A DNA stretch of 64,000 nt from an uncultured Clostridia bacterium (GCA_947627065.1 CANQUN010000003.1:378-64377), one strand, 5' to 3'. Positions 10,370-21,381 are shown, numbered from the stretch's first letter. Notes: a model not told the origin generated them from the sequence alone. A program made the numbers and translations.

Positions 10370-11173
10370 ATGGAAGGTTATACGCTGGTTACGGGGGCCA
10401 CGGGCGGACTTGGAGAAGAGTTCTGCCGACAGTTGGCCGCAAGGGGAGACAGGCTGTTTTTGACGGGAAGATCGCCCGAACGGCTGGCCGCGCTCAGCGG
10501 CAGGCTGGCCGCCGAATTTCACGCCGTGCAAACCGACTTTTTCCCGTGTATGCTCGACGACGAAAAGCAACGCGCCGCCCTGTTTGCGGACATTGACGCA
10601 AAGGGCGTACGCATCTCCCGCCTCGTCTACGTCGCGGGGGTGGACACCCAACTTGCATTTGAAAAGTACGACCAGCAAAAGTTGCTCTTTCAGACCCGCG
10701 TCAATTTCGAAGCGGCCGTTTCCACCGCACGTTACGCCATGGAAAGGCGGACGCAGGACTTTGGAATCCTTGTAGTCGGCAGTATGTCGTCGGCTTGTCC
10801 CATGCCGTATTTCGCCCTGTACAGCGCAACCAAAATTGCAATCTGTTACTTCTTTTCCGCATTGAGGACGGAACTAAAGGGCAGCGCAAAGGTAACGGTG
10901 GTAATGCCGGGCGGCGTTCCCACAAGGCCGGATATAATAGAGGACATAAAGCGGCAGGGGCTTAAGGGCAGATTGTCGGCAAAGCCCAAGGCGTTCGTCG
11001 TAAAAAAAGCGCTTGCGGGCGCTGAGAAAAACAAACGCATTGTAATCCCGGGGCTGTTCAACAAATTCACTTACTTCATCACAAAAATTGTGCCCGTTTC
11101 GTGGCAGACGGCGTTTGTCGCCAAGCATTGGAGCGGAAGGGAAAAGGACGCATTCACAAGGAGAGACAGATGA
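10370..11173 (+). CDS. SDR-family oxidoreductase
   Basis: N-terminal TGATGGLG Rossmann motif and YSATK catalytic motif (LYSATKIAI). Confidence 0.85.
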   Translation: MEGYTLVTGATGGLGEEFCRQLAARGDRLFLTGRSPERLAALSGRLAAEFHAVQTDFFPCMLDDEKQRAALFADIDAKGVRISRLVYVAGVDTQLAFEKYDQQKLLFQTRVNFEAAVSTARYAMERRTQDFGILVVGSMSSACPMPYFALYSATKIAICYFFSALRTELKGSAKVTVVMPGGVPTRPDIIEDIKRQGLKGRLSAKPKAFVVKKALAGAEKNKRIVIPGLFNKFTYFITKIVPVSWQTAFVAKHWSGREKDAFTRRDR

Positions 11174-12000
11174 GCAGAGCGGACGATATTTTTATAGAAA
11201 ACTGCAAGGATATAATAGAAAACGGCGTGTGGGACACGGACAAGCAGGTCCGCCCCCGCTGGCAGGACGGCACGCCCGCCCACACCGTCAAAAAGTTCTG
11301 CATAGTCAACAGGTACGATCTGAGGGAAGAATTTCCCGCAATAACCGTCCGCCGCACCGCTTTCCGTTCTGCCGTGGACGAACTTTTGTGGATCTGGCAG
11401 AAAAAATCCAACAACATTCACGATCTCAAAAGCCACATCTGGGACTCGTGGGCGGATGAGACGGGCAGCATAGGCAAGGCCTACGGTTACCAACTCGGGG
11501 TCAAGAACAAGTATCCCGAAGGGATGTTCGACCAGGTGGACAGGGTTATCTACGACCTAAAGCACAACCCCGCCTCCCGCAGGATAATGACCAACATCTA
11601 CAACTTTGCCGACCTTAACGAAATGCACCTCTATCCGTGCGCCTACTCCATGACCTTCAACGTCAGCGGTAACGTGCTCAACGCCATACTCAACCAGCGT
11701 TCCAACGACATGGCGGTTGCAAACAATTGGAACGTCGTGCAGTACGCCGTTCTCCTCAAGATGATGGCGCAGGTTTCGGGCTTTACCGCGGGCGAACTCG
11801 TTCACGTAATTGCCGACGCGCACATCTACGACAGGCACATCCCCGTCCTCAAAAAACTGTTCGACAACCCGCGCTACCCCGCGCCGAAATTTCGGATGAA
11901 CGAGGACGTAAAGAATTTTTACGACTTTACCGTCGACGATTTCTCCCTCGAAGGTTACGAGTTCACACCATTCGATTCGCGGTTTGAGGTAGCTGTGTAA
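11170..12000 (+). CDS. thyA: thymidylate synthase (ThyA)
   Basis: DGTPAHT, ELLWIWQ, NPASRRIM, YPCAYS (catalytic Cys), RSNDMAVANNWNV, and it ends ...FEVAV like B. subtilis ThyA. ATG 11170 overlaps the SDR stop (ATGA). Confidence 0.95.
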   Translation: MSRADDIFIENCKDIIENGVWDTDKQVRPRWQDGTPAHTVKKFCIVNRYDLREEFPAITVRRTAFRSAVDELLWIWQKKSNNIHDLKSHIWDSWADETGSIGKAYGYQLGVKNKYPEGMFDQVDRVIYDLKHNPASRRIMTNIYNFADLNEMHLYPCAYSMTFNVSGNVLNAILNQRSNDMAVANNWNVVQYAVLLKMMAQVSGFTAGELVHVIADAHIYDRHIPVLKKLFDNPRYPAPKFRMNEDVKNFYDFTVDDFSLEGYEFTPFDSRFEVAV

Positions 12001-12500
12001 TGATAGCGATTGCGGCCGTAGACTCAAAGTGGGGAATAGGCAGGGGAGGAAACCTGCTGTTCTCCCTGCCCGAGGACATGAAGTTCTTCCGCCGTACCAC
12101 CCTCGGCAAGGTGATAATAGTGGGGCGCAAAACGCTGGAAACCTTTCCCTCGGCCAAGCCGCTTTTGGGGCGTACCAACGTCGTGCTAACTTCAAAAAAG
12201 GAAGTGGAAGGAGCACTGGCCGTTGGCAGTATGGAGGCGTTAATGTGCGAAATAGGCCACTTTTGCAAGGATGACGTGTTCGTCTGCGGGGGTGAAACCG
12301 TCTACCACCAGCTCATCGGTTATTGCGACAGAGCGCTTGTAACCAAGGTTGAGGCCGACGGCGGGGCGGACGCATTCTTCCCCGACCTTGACAAACTCGG
12401 CTGGCGTCTCGCCAAGGTTTCCGAGCCCATGGAGACGGGCGGCTACACCGTCCGCTTCACGACCTACGAAAATCCGTCGGTAAAAGTTTTTGCAAAGTAA
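12000..12500 (+). CDS. folA: dihydrofolate reductase
   Basis: MIAIAAVDSKWGIGRGGNLLFSLPEDMKFFRRTTLGKVIIVGRKTLETFP. TAATG overlap with thyA. Confidence 0.9.
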   Translation: MIAIAAVDSKWGIGRGGNLLFSLPEDMKFFRRTTLGKVIIVGRKTLETFPSAKPLLGRTNVVLTSKKEVEGALAVGSMEALMCEIGHFCKDDVFVCGGETVYHQLIGYCDRALVTKVEADGGADAFFPDLDKLGWRLAKVSEPMETGGYTVRFTTYENPSVKVFAK

Positions 12501-12638
12501 ACTTTCCGGTCAAAGCCGCCGAAAAGAGGCGCAGCAAAGTAAAACAAAACGATAAAATAAGTAACACAAAAAAGCACCGACGCATAGATAAGTGTGAAGG
12601 GAAAACATAGATAAGGGTAAAAGGAAAAAGGAGGAAAT

Positions 12639-13565
12639 ATGAAAAAATCCAGAGCAAATCTTCTGCTTTTCCTCGTTGCCGTAATTTGGGGCGGCGGTTT
12701 TCTGTTTGCCAAAGTCGCCCTCGAATCGGGATTCGACGCGGGCACCGTCTCCATGTTCCGCGGCCTTTTCCTCATGGTCATTTCCTTCATCATCTTCTTC
12801 AGACACATAATAAAAATCAACCTTAGGGACGTTGTGGTCGGTCTCATCGCGGGCGGAACCAACGCCGCGGGCTTCATTCTGCAAACGTACGGGCAGAGCC
12901 TGACAACAACGTCCCACGCCTCGCTGCTCACGGTGGTTTACGTCGTGTTCGTGCCCATAGTCCTCTGGATATTCTACGGAATCCGTCCCCGCCTCAAAAC
13001 GGTTTTTGCCTTGATTTTGTGCGTTTTAGGCACCTTATTCCTCACCAACATGCTGCGCGAGTCCGAAGGGTCCAGCCTTGTGGGCGATCTCATCGTGCTT
13101 GCGGGCGCGGTCGTGTTCGGCGTGAACATGGCGTATTTAGGGCAGAGCGGAAGGGAGTCGCACTACGGCGTGGTCGCCTTCTTCATGGGTGCGGTCATGT
13201 TCGTCGCCTCGCTCATCTTCTCCTTTGCCACGGGCGGCCCGCACTTCCCGTCCGCCGCAGATCCCGTAGCCTTACGCCGCGGCATAATTTCCATAATCTA
13301 CATCGGCCTGTTTTCCACCGCGCTGTGCCAGATTTTGCAGGTGCTTTGCCAAAGGCACACCTCTCCTGTCTCTGCGAGTGTTATATTGACGTTAGAAGGT
13401 TTATTCGGTTCAATCCTTGCGCTCGTATTCGGCTTTGACGAATTCAGCCTCAACCTCGTCGTCGGCGGTCTGCTGCTCACGGCGGGCGTGTTCGTGCAGG
13501 TGTCCGAAATAAATTGGAAGAAATTGTTTGCAAAACGCCGCAAGAAAGAGGAAAAAGAGGAATAA
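12639..13565 (+). CDS. EamA/DMT-family transporter
   Basis: About 10 predicted TM segments in two EamA-like halves. AGGAGG RBS. Confidence 0.85.
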   Translation: MKKSRANLLLFLVAVIWGGGFLFAKVALESGFDAGTVSMFRGLFLMVISFIIFFRHIIKINLRDVVVGLIAGGTNAAGFILQTYGQSLTTTSHASLLTVVYVVFVPIVLWIFYGIRPRLKTVFALILCVLGTLFLTNMLRESEGSSLVGDLIVLAGAVVFGVNMAYLGQSGRESHYGVVAFFMGAVMFVASLIFSFATGGPHFPSAADPVALRRGIISIIYIGLFSTALCQILQVLCQRHTSPVSASVILTLEGLFGSILALVFGFDEFSLNLVVGGLLLTAGVFVQVSEINWKKLFAKRRKKEEKEE

Positions 13566-13701
13566 TTCCGTAAAACGTGCCGACACTATTGATGTCGGCA
13601 ATCGGAAAGAACGCTCGTTCATTCTTTTCCATCGGTTGCCGTTGATATAGCCTCGGCAACCGTGGACGCCTCCTTTAGCGCTCCGTGATTGCGGGGCGCG
13701 G

Positions 13702-13732
13702 GACGGGCCGTCTCGGCCCGTCTTTATATTTT
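13702..13732 (+). terminator. intrinsic terminator downstream of the EamA gene
   Basis: GACGGGCCG-tct-CGGCCCGTC followed by TTTATATTTT. Confidence 0.6.
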
Positions 13733-13754
13733 ATTCAACCTTGCTCCGCATAAC

Positions 13755-13790
13755 AAAAAGCGCCTTTTTTGTGAGAAAAAGGCGCTTAAT
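13755..13790. terminator. palindromic copy of the ~25-nt word, forming a bidirectional hairpin between convergent genes
   Basis: AAAAAGCGCCTTTTTT-gtgag-AAAAAGGCGCTT. A perfect GCGCC/GGCGC plus A/T stem around the GTGAG core of the repeat family. Confidence 0.5.
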
Positions 13791-13862
13791 TCATCTTTTG
13801 CAATCCGTGCGGTTCCCCGCCGCGGCTTTTGGCTTGGTGTTTTAACTGCCGTTATACGCGGG

Positions 13863-15059
13863 CTATTTATAAAGTTTGGCAAGGCCGCCCTCGGCGGTCT
13901 CTTTGTATATTTTGGAAAGGTCCTTGCCCGTTTCGTGCATGGTTTTCACCACGAGGTCAAAGGAGATCTTGCGCGTTCCGTACAGGAAAGTCGCAAGGCT
14001 CACGCAGTTTATCGCGCGCATGGCGGCAACGGCGTTGCGTTCTATGCAGGGTATCTGAACGAGACCGTTCACGGGGTCGCAGGTGAGGCCGAGGTAATGT
14101 TCCATCGCAACCTCGGCGGCGCATTCGGTCTGGTCAACGGTAAGCCCGCAAAGTTCGCACAGTGCGGCCGAAGCCATGGAACACGCCGACCCAATCTCCG
14201 CCTGGCAGCCGCATTCCGCCCCGCTTATCGAAGCGTTCTCCTTTATGAGACAGCCCATGAGCCCCGCCACGGCCAGCGCGCGTATCACGCTGTCCTCGCC
14301 GTAACCGTTCTTTTCACTCACGTACTTGAGCACGGCGGGCACCACCGCGCACGCCCCGCAGGTAGGCGCGGTAACCACGGTGCCGAGGTCGGCGTTCTCC
14401 TCGCTCACGGCAAAGGCGTAAGAACACACAATCCTGTTCTCACGAGTGCTGTCGCTCTCGCCGTCCGCCCCCTGTGAGTATAGGTATTTGGCCTTACGCT
14501 CCACGTTAAGCCCGCCGGGCAGAACGCCCGATTTGGCAAGCCCCGCGTCCACCGAAGCGAGCATGGTGCGCCACACTTCTTTGAGGAAAGCGCGTATGCC
14601 GTCGTCCTCAAACTTAAAGACGTAATCGGCAAGGCTCATGCCGTTCCGCTTGCAATAATCGGCGGTCTCGCGGAAAGTGGAAAAGGGGTAAACATCGCGT
14701 TTTTGTGCGTTTTCGCGGCCTTCTATCACAATGTCGCCGCCGCCCACGCTCAAAACGCGCACCCTCGCCGTCTCGCGTCCGTGCTCGTAGGCCATGAGGT
14801 CAAGCGTGTTGGCGTGGGGAATATTCTCCTCGGTTTTGTTAAACTCCACCGTGCATGGAATGGGCGCAAAAGTCTCCATGATAACGGCGTCCGTCCTGTG
14901 TCCCTTTCCCGTCATGGCAAGCGAACCGTACAGCACGGCCCCGAACGCGTCGGCATTGGGATTTTCGGCTTTGAATATCAGCGCGGCCTTCTCGGGTCCC
15001 ATGGTGTGGGAGGAGGACGGCCCCTTTCCCGTTTTGAAAATGTCTCTTATGGATTTCAT
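13863..15059 (-). CDS. sdaA: L-serine ammonia-lyase (iron-sulfur dependent, single-chain form)
   Basis: MKSIRDIFKTGKGPSSSHTMGP matches the SdaA N-terminus. Start set to ATG 15059; the track's first codon at 15095 is TTG. Confidence 0.9.
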   Translation of the reverse strand: MKSIRDIFKTGKGPSSSHTMGPEKAALIFKAENPNADAFGAVLYGSLAMTGKGHRTDAVIMETFAPIPCTVEFNKTEENIPHANTLDLMAYEHGRETARVRVLSVGGGDIVIEGRENAQKRDVYPFSTFRETADYCKRNGMSLADYVFKFEDDGIRAFLKEVWRTMLASVDAGLAKSGVLPGGLNVERKAKYLYSQGADGESDSTRENRIVCSYAFAVSEENADLGTVVTAPTCGACAVVPAVLKYVSEKNGYGEDSVIRALAVAGLMGCLIKENASISGAECGCQAEIGSACSMASAALCELCGLTVDQTECAAEVAMEHYLGLTCDPVNGLVQIPCIERNAVAAMRAINCVSLATFLYGTRKISFDLVVKTMHETGKDLSKIYKETAEGGLAKLYK

Positions 15060-15341
15060 CAAGTAGATTTTACCAAAAGGCCGCCGCTTTGTCAACCCTT
15101 TCGGCCGTATGTTTCAACTTGCCCCGTGCTTTCCGTTCCGCCATTCGCCCCGCCGCTCCGAAACTTGCACAACCCACCGCAACTCACCGCAACCCGCGTA
15201 ACCCACCGCACAAACCACCGCACCCACGCAACCCGCAAAGCCAAACCCGCCCAGTGCGCCCCGTTTTTGGTTTTGCAAATGCTTTGACAAAACGCCGATT
15301 ATCTGTTATACTTATAAGGTTAAAGACAACGGACGGTGAAT

Positions 15342-15836
15342 ATGAGAATACTCGGAATAGACCCGGGCTTTGCCACCATCGGCTTCGGCGTTATCGACGC
15401 TGAAAAGGGCAGGGCGGTCGCCGTGGATTACGGCACCATAAAAACCCCAAAGGAATTGAGTTTTCCCGACAGGCTCATCATGATAGAAAAGGGCGTTACG
15501 GAACTCATTTCCACCTATCATCCCGATCAGGCGGCGCTCGAGGAACTGTTTTTCAACACCAACATCACCACGGGCATAAACGTCGCCCACGCGAGGGGGG
15601 TCATTCTGCTCGTGCTTGCCAAACAACTCGGCGGCAAACTGTTTGAATACACGCCGCTGCAGATAAAACAGGCCCTCACGGGTTACGGCAGGGCGGACAA
15701 GCAGCAGATAATGCAGATGGTAAAAACCTTTTTGAGGCTTGACAAAATCCCGCGTCCCGACGACGCGGCGGACGCGCTTGCCGTCGCCCTCTGCCACAGC
15801 CAGACCAACCGCCTCGGCGGTCTGTTCTCTATTTAG
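15342..15836 (+). CDS. ruvC: crossover junction endodeoxyribonuclease RuvC
   Basis: MRILGIDPGFATIGFGVID...PDDAADALAVALCH. ATG 15342 is used because the track starts at GTG 15336. Confidence 0.9.
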   Translation: MRILGIDPGFATIGFGVIDAEKGRAVAVDYGTIKTPKELSFPDRLIMIEKGVTELISTYHPDQAALEELFFNTNITTGINVAHARGVILLVLAKQLGGKLFEYTPLQIKQALTGYGRADKQQIMQMVKTFLRLDKIPRPDDAADALAVALCHSQTNRLGGLFSI

Positions 15837-15951
15837 TAAAACGTCTGCCGCGGGGCGAACCGCCGTCGGTCCGTTCGGACCCGCGGTGCCGAGGACAGCG
15901 GGGAGCGGTCGGCTTTCCCTCACCTTATCTCAAAGCAATTTCGGAGGAATC

Positions 15952-16533
15952 ATGATAGGATACATCAGCGGAAACGTCATGGAAATCACGCCCGGCGGCG
16001 TGCTTATCGAAAACAACGGAATAGGTTACGAGGTCGCGGTTACGGCTTCCGCCCTCGAGCGGCTCGCCCGCGAACGCCGCGGCGGAATCTACACCTACCT
16101 GCAATTGAGAGAGGACGGCGTGTCCCTCTACGGCTTTGACAACCTTGCCGAAAAGAACATGTTCATAAAACTCATTTCGGTTTCGGGCGTGGGACCCAAG
16201 ATGGGCATAACCATCCTTGCGGGCATGAGTCTCAAAGATCTGGCAACCGCAATCGCCACGTCCGACGCAAAGACGCTTTCCCGCGTCAAGGGCTGCGGCA
16301 AAAAGACGGCCGAGCGCATAATAGTCGAACTGCGTGAAAACGTCTCTTCCATCGACCTCGAAGGTCTGCCCGCGGGCTTGCCCGCCTCTGCCGACGGAGA
16401 CTCCGTGATAGCCCTGATGAGTCTCGGTTTCACCCGTTCGGAAGCCGAGAGGGGAGTTGCCGCAGCGCACGCTTCGGGCGCGCAGACCGTGGAAGAAGTC
16501 ATTGCTGCTGCACTCAAGAATTTAGCCAAATAA
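15952..16533 (+). CDS. ruvA: Holliday junction DNA helicase RuvA
   Basis: MIGYISGNVMEITPGGVLIENNGIGYEV...LISVSGVGPKMG. GGAGG sits 6 nt upstream of ATG 15952. Confidence 0.92.
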   Translation: MIGYISGNVMEITPGGVLIENNGIGYEVAVTASALERLARERRGGIYTYLQLREDGVSLYGFDNLAEKNMFIKLISVSGVGPKMGITILAGMSLKDLATAIATSDAKTLSRVKGCGKKTAERIIVELRENVSSIDLEGLPAGLPASADGDSVIALMSLGFTRSEAERGVAAAHASGAQTVEEVIAAALKNLAK

Positions 16534-16556
16534 ACTGAGAAAAAGGCGGTTTTTAT

Positions 16557-17612
16557 ATGATTGAAACGGATGACGAGAGATTGATCGTTTCCACAAAAAC
16601 CGAATACGACGACGTAGAGAACATCCTTCGCCCCAAGAGCATGGCGGGTTACGTCGGCCAGCAGAAGGTAAAGGAAAACCTCACCGTGTTCATGCAGGCC
16701 GCTAAACTGAGGGGAGAAGCGCTCGACCACGTTCTTCTTTACGGTCCCCCGGGGCTTGGCAAAACCACGCTCGCGCACATCATAGCCAACGAGATGGGCA
16801 CGAGCATAAAGGTAACCTCGGGTCCTTCCATAGAAAAGGCGGGCGACCTCGCCGCCATACTCACCAACCTCGAGAGCGGGGACATTCTGTTCATAGACGA
16901 AATACACAGGCTCAACCACACCGTAGAGGAAATACTCTACCCCGCAATGGAAGATTATTCGCTCGACTTTATCATCGGCAAAGGTCCTTCGGCAAGGAGC
17001 GTGCAGATACCGCTCAAACCCTTCACGCTCATCGGCGCGACCACGCGTGCGGGAATGCTGTCCTCTCCTTTGAGGGATAGATTTGGCGTTATATGCAGGT
17101 TGGAAATGTATTCTGTTGACGAACTTGCGGAAATAGTAACGCGTTCCGCCATCGTGCTCGGCGACGAAATTTCCCCCGACGCCGCCAAGGAACTTGCCAA
17201 GCGCAGCCGCGGTACGCCGAGAATAGCCAACAGATTCTTAAAGCGTGTGAGGGATTTTTCATCGGTCAGGGGGCACGAGACCATAAATCTCGAAACCACG
17301 TCCGACGCGCTCGACCGTCTCGAAGTGGACGAGTTGGGGCTGGACGCCATAGACAAAAAACTTCTGCTTTCCATGATGGAAAAGTTCGGCGGCGGTCCCG
17401 TGGGACTTGATACGCTCGCCGCCACCGTAAACGAGGACCCCAACACCATAGAGGACGTTTACGAACCCTACCTTCTGCAACTCGGTTTCATTTCGAGAAC
17501 GCCGCGCGGCAGGGTCTGCACGGTAAGGGCGTATGAACATTTGGGCAAGAAACCGCCCAAGAACAACAAATACCAGATGTCCGTATTCGACGACGGCTTT
17601 GAGGACTTATGA
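16557..17612 (+). CDS. ruvB: Holliday junction DNA helicase RuvB
   Basis: [12 protein letters not shown]..., Walker [24 protein letters not shown]. Confidence 0.97.
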   Translation: MIETDDERLIVSTKTEYDDVENILRPKSMAGYVGQQKVKENLTVFMQAAKLRGEALDHVLLYGPPGLGKTTLAHIIANEMGTSIKVTSGPSIEKAGDLAAILTNLESGDILFIDEIHRLNHTVEEILYPAMEDYSLDFIIGKGPSARSVQIPLKPFTLIGATTRAGMLSSPLRDRFGVICRLEMYSVDELAEIVTRSAIVLGDEISPDAAKELAKRSRGTPRIANRFLKRVRDFSSVRGHETINLETTSDALDRLEVDELGLDAIDKKLLLSMMEKFGGGPVGLDTLAATVNEDPNTIEDVYEPYLLQLGFISRTPRGRVCTVRAYEHLGKKPPKNNKYQMSVFDDGFEDL

Positions 17613-18628
17613 CATCTACCAAAGATTTTTACTACGACCTGCCCGAGGAGTTGATTGCGCAGACCCCCGCCGAACCGCGGGACAGTTCGCGCCTGCTCGT
17701 TTACAACAGGGCGACCGACGAGGTAGAACACCGTTTTTTTCGCGATATAGGGGACTATTTGCATAAAGGCGACCTCGTCGTGGTCAACGACACCAAGGTT
17801 TTGCCCGCAAGGCTGCACTTCAAAACCGAGCACGGCGGAAGCGTGGAAGTTCTGCTTCTCAAACGCCTCAACCTCTCCGATTGGGAGGTTATCGTGCGCC
17901 CGGGCAAAAAGGCCGCGGAGGGCAGACGGCTCTATGGCGACGGGCTGAATCTCACCGTCCTGTCCCGCACCGACTCGGGCGGCAGAATCGTCCGTTTCGA
18001 GTGGCAGGGCGTGTTTGAGGACGTGCTGTCCCGCGTGGGCGAAATGCCGCTGCCGCCTTACATTCACACCAAACTTGCCGACAAGGACAGGTACCAGACC
18101 GTCTACTGCAAGACCGAAGGTTCGGCCGCCGCTCCCACCGCGGGGCTTCACTTCACGCCCGAACTCATCGAAAGGCTCAAAGCAAGCGGTGTGGAATTTG
18201 CCGAAGTTCTGCTCCACGTGGGGCTTGGCACCTTCCGCCCCGTCAAGACCGACGACGTCGAACACCACACCATGCACTCCGAATTTTATGCGATAAACGC
18301 GGCTAATGCCCAAAAAATCAACCGCGCCAAGCAGGAGGGCAGGCGGGTTATAGCCGTGGGCACCACCGCCGTCCGCACCCTCGAAACGGTGGCCGACGAG
18401 CACGGTTTTGTCCGCGAATGTTCGGGCGACACCAACATCTTCATCTACCCGCCCTACAAATTCAAATGCGTGGACGCGCTCATCACCAACTTCCACCTTC
18501 CCGAATCCACGCTCGTCATGCTCGTCTCCGCCTTCGCCTCTCGTGAGAAAGTCCTCGAATTATATAATTTGGCAGTACAGAAACGTTACCGCTTTTTCAG
18601 TTTCGGCGACGCGTGCCTGTTTCTATAA
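17609..18628 (+). CDS. queA: S-adenosylmethionine:tRNA ribosyltransferase-isomerase QueA
   Basis: [25 protein letters not shown]...GEMPLPPYI...[13 protein letters not shown] overlap with ruvB. Confidence 0.95.
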   Translation: MTSTKDFYYDLPEELIAQTPAEPRDSSRLLVYNRATDEVEHRFFRDIGDYLHKGDLVVVNDTKVLPARLHFKTEHGGSVEVLLLKRLNLSDWEVIVRPGKKAAEGRRLYGDGLNLTVLSRTDSGGRIVRFEWQGVFEDVLSRVGEMPLPPYIHTKLADKDRYQTVYCKTEGSAAAPTAGLHFTPELIERLKASGVEFAEVLLHVGLGTFRPVKTDDVEHHTMHSEFYAINAANAQKINRAKQEGRRVIAVGTTAVRTLETVADEHGFVRECSGDTNIFIYPPYKFKCVDALITNFHLPESTLVMLVSAFASREKVLELYNLAVQKRYRFFSFGDACLFL

Positions 18629-18677
18629 GCGGCGTAATACTGTGTCAATCTCCGCGTGACTGCGGGTCACGTACGCC

Positions 18678-18934
18678 ATAGTACGCTCCCCTTGTCATGC
18701 TCGATTTCCTTGTCTTACTTGCTTCTGAAAACAGGCGATGCTCGTCTTATAGCCGTCGAAATACTGCGTTCCGCTGCGGCAACCCTCGGTCATTTACGTC
18801 AGAGTAAACTCCCTCGGGTTTTCCTCGCGCGCCTTGTCTTTCTCGGCTCTAAGCCAAGCGCTCGTTTATTATAGCGTTCTCCTTGTCTTGCTCGTTCATA
18901 GAAACAGACGATGTTCGTCTTACAGTCGCAAAAA
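18678..18934 (+). repeat. local direct repeats in the queA-tgt spacer (CCTTGTCNTGCTCG motif x4; ~65-nt unit x2)
   Basis: cttgtc at 18691, 18709, 18833 and 18882. Unit 18678-18763 resembles unit 18870-18934 (..CTCCTTGTCTTGCTCGTTCATAGAAACAGACGATGTTCGTCTTACAGTCGCAAAA). Confidence 0.55.
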
Positions 18935-18980
18935 GACAGGTTATCAAAAACTCAAAATATGCCGTTAATGTGAGAAATAG

Positions 18981-20138
<1,158 letters not shown>

Positions 20139-20186
20139 AAAAAGCGCAAAACTTTCCCGTTCGTCCGCGGCGGGCGGGGGAAACGC

Positions 20187-20215
20187 TTGCAAAATATTCC
20201 AAAATGTTATATCAT
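20187..20215 (+). promoter_or_regulatory. candidate promoter TTGCAA-17-TATCAT giving a ~300-nt yajC leader
   Basis: TTGCAA 20187-20192 and TATCAT 20210-20215. The tandem 30-nt repeats begin at the predicted 5' end. Confidence 0.4.
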
Positions 20216-20520
20216 AATATATAGGGTGCGCAAAGTTGCGTCCGCCACATATATAGGGTACGTAAGGGCGTGTCCGCCCCAAGGCGGTGCGTTCACCGCT
20301 CAACCGGAACCCGCGGCGGTAAAAGGTAAACCCCAACGCCGCAAATCCGCGGCGGTAACACGCAAAATCCGACGCCGCAAATCCGCGTTTTCCAACCGCA
20401 CAACCCATGGCGGGCCATTCGCCCAAGGCGCAACGCCATTGCCCGCAGAATGCCGCGCAATTTCAAGGCGGCGGACAAAATTATAAATTACGGCCCGCAC
20501 CGCGGGCCGCGGAGGTCAAC

Positions 20521-21066
20521 ATGATCTGGAATCTGTTATCTGAAACAACCAACACAACCGGTACGCAAGGCGGCTGCCAGAACAGCGGCACGATTATACT
20601 CATCGTAGCGATGGTGGTCATCCTCGCCGTGATGATGTTCTTCACCAACCGCAGCAACAAAAAACGCCAGAAAGAAGCCGAAGAAAAACTCAAGAGCCTG
20701 CGCGTCGGCGACAAGGTCAAGACCATCGGCGGCATCTGCGGCGTGGTTACCGAAATCGACGATGCCGAAAACACCTTTGTCCTCATGACCGGTTCCGATG
20801 ACGGCGTGTCCTATCTCAAACTCGACAAGTTTGCCGTTTACGAAAAGACCCCGCAGGAAACGCCCGCTGTCCCCGAGGCCGAGGCGCAGACCCCGCCCGA
20901 CGCCCCCTTTGACGAAGACGCGCAGCCCGCAGAGGAAGGGGAGGCTCGCGCCCAAAGCGAAGATACTTCCGATACTCCCGCCCAAGAAGGGGAAACTCCC
21001 GACGGCGAGACAGGCGAACCTACCGAAAAAACGGATAACGACAACGACGTTTCGGAAAACGGCTGA
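20521..21066 (+). CDS. yajC: preprotein translocase subunit YajC with a long acidic/proline-rich C-terminal tail
   Basis: TM segment plus KRQKEAEEKLKSLRVGDKVKTIGGICGVVTEIDD (YajC core). GGAGG lies 6 nt before ATG 20521. The track's upstream extension was rejected. Confidence 0.85.
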   Translation: MIWNLLSETTNTTGTQGGCQNSGTIILIVAMVVILAVMMFFTNRSNKKRQKEAEEKLKSLRVGDKVKTIGGICGVVTEIDDAENTFVLMTGSDDGVSYLKLDKFAVYEKTPQETPAVPEAEAQTPPDAPFDEDAQPAEEGEARAQSEDTSDTPAQEGETPDGETGEPTEKTDNDNDVSENG

Positions 21067-21093
21067 ACGCCCGCCCGACAACTCTAAAATCTC

Positions 21094-21130
21094 AAAAGCC
21101 GCCTGAATCGCACATTCCGGCGGCTTTTTG
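21094..21130 (+). terminator. intrinsic terminator after yajC, with the repeat word in its loop
   Basis: AAAAGCCGCC-tgaatcgcacattcc-GGCGGCTTTTTG. Confidence 0.75.
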
Positions 21131-21381
21131 CGTCCCGCTTTCAACCTTGCCCCTGCTTTTTTTCATGCCCCGTCCTGCCCTTTCGCGCCCCGCCGGACGG
21201 GTTTTTTTCTTCCTTCCGCAACCCCGTCTTGCCTTACCCGTGCCGCATACGGGTACGCCTTTTCCCAACTTAAAGCACTTTTGTAACCCCGTTTTTGCCC
21301 TTTCTCTCAACCGCAATCGGCGGTTAGAGTAATAACGGCGGGCGGCCCCGCGTATATTTAGTTAGAAAAAAGGAGGGACTT

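Noticed and set aside
20407-20520. Upstream ATG extension of yajC (MAGHSPKAQRHCPQNAAQ...)
   Set aside because: It has no RBS and a basic, Pro-rich composition. A GGAGG 6 nt before ATG 20521 gives a normal YajC N-terminus with the TM segment.
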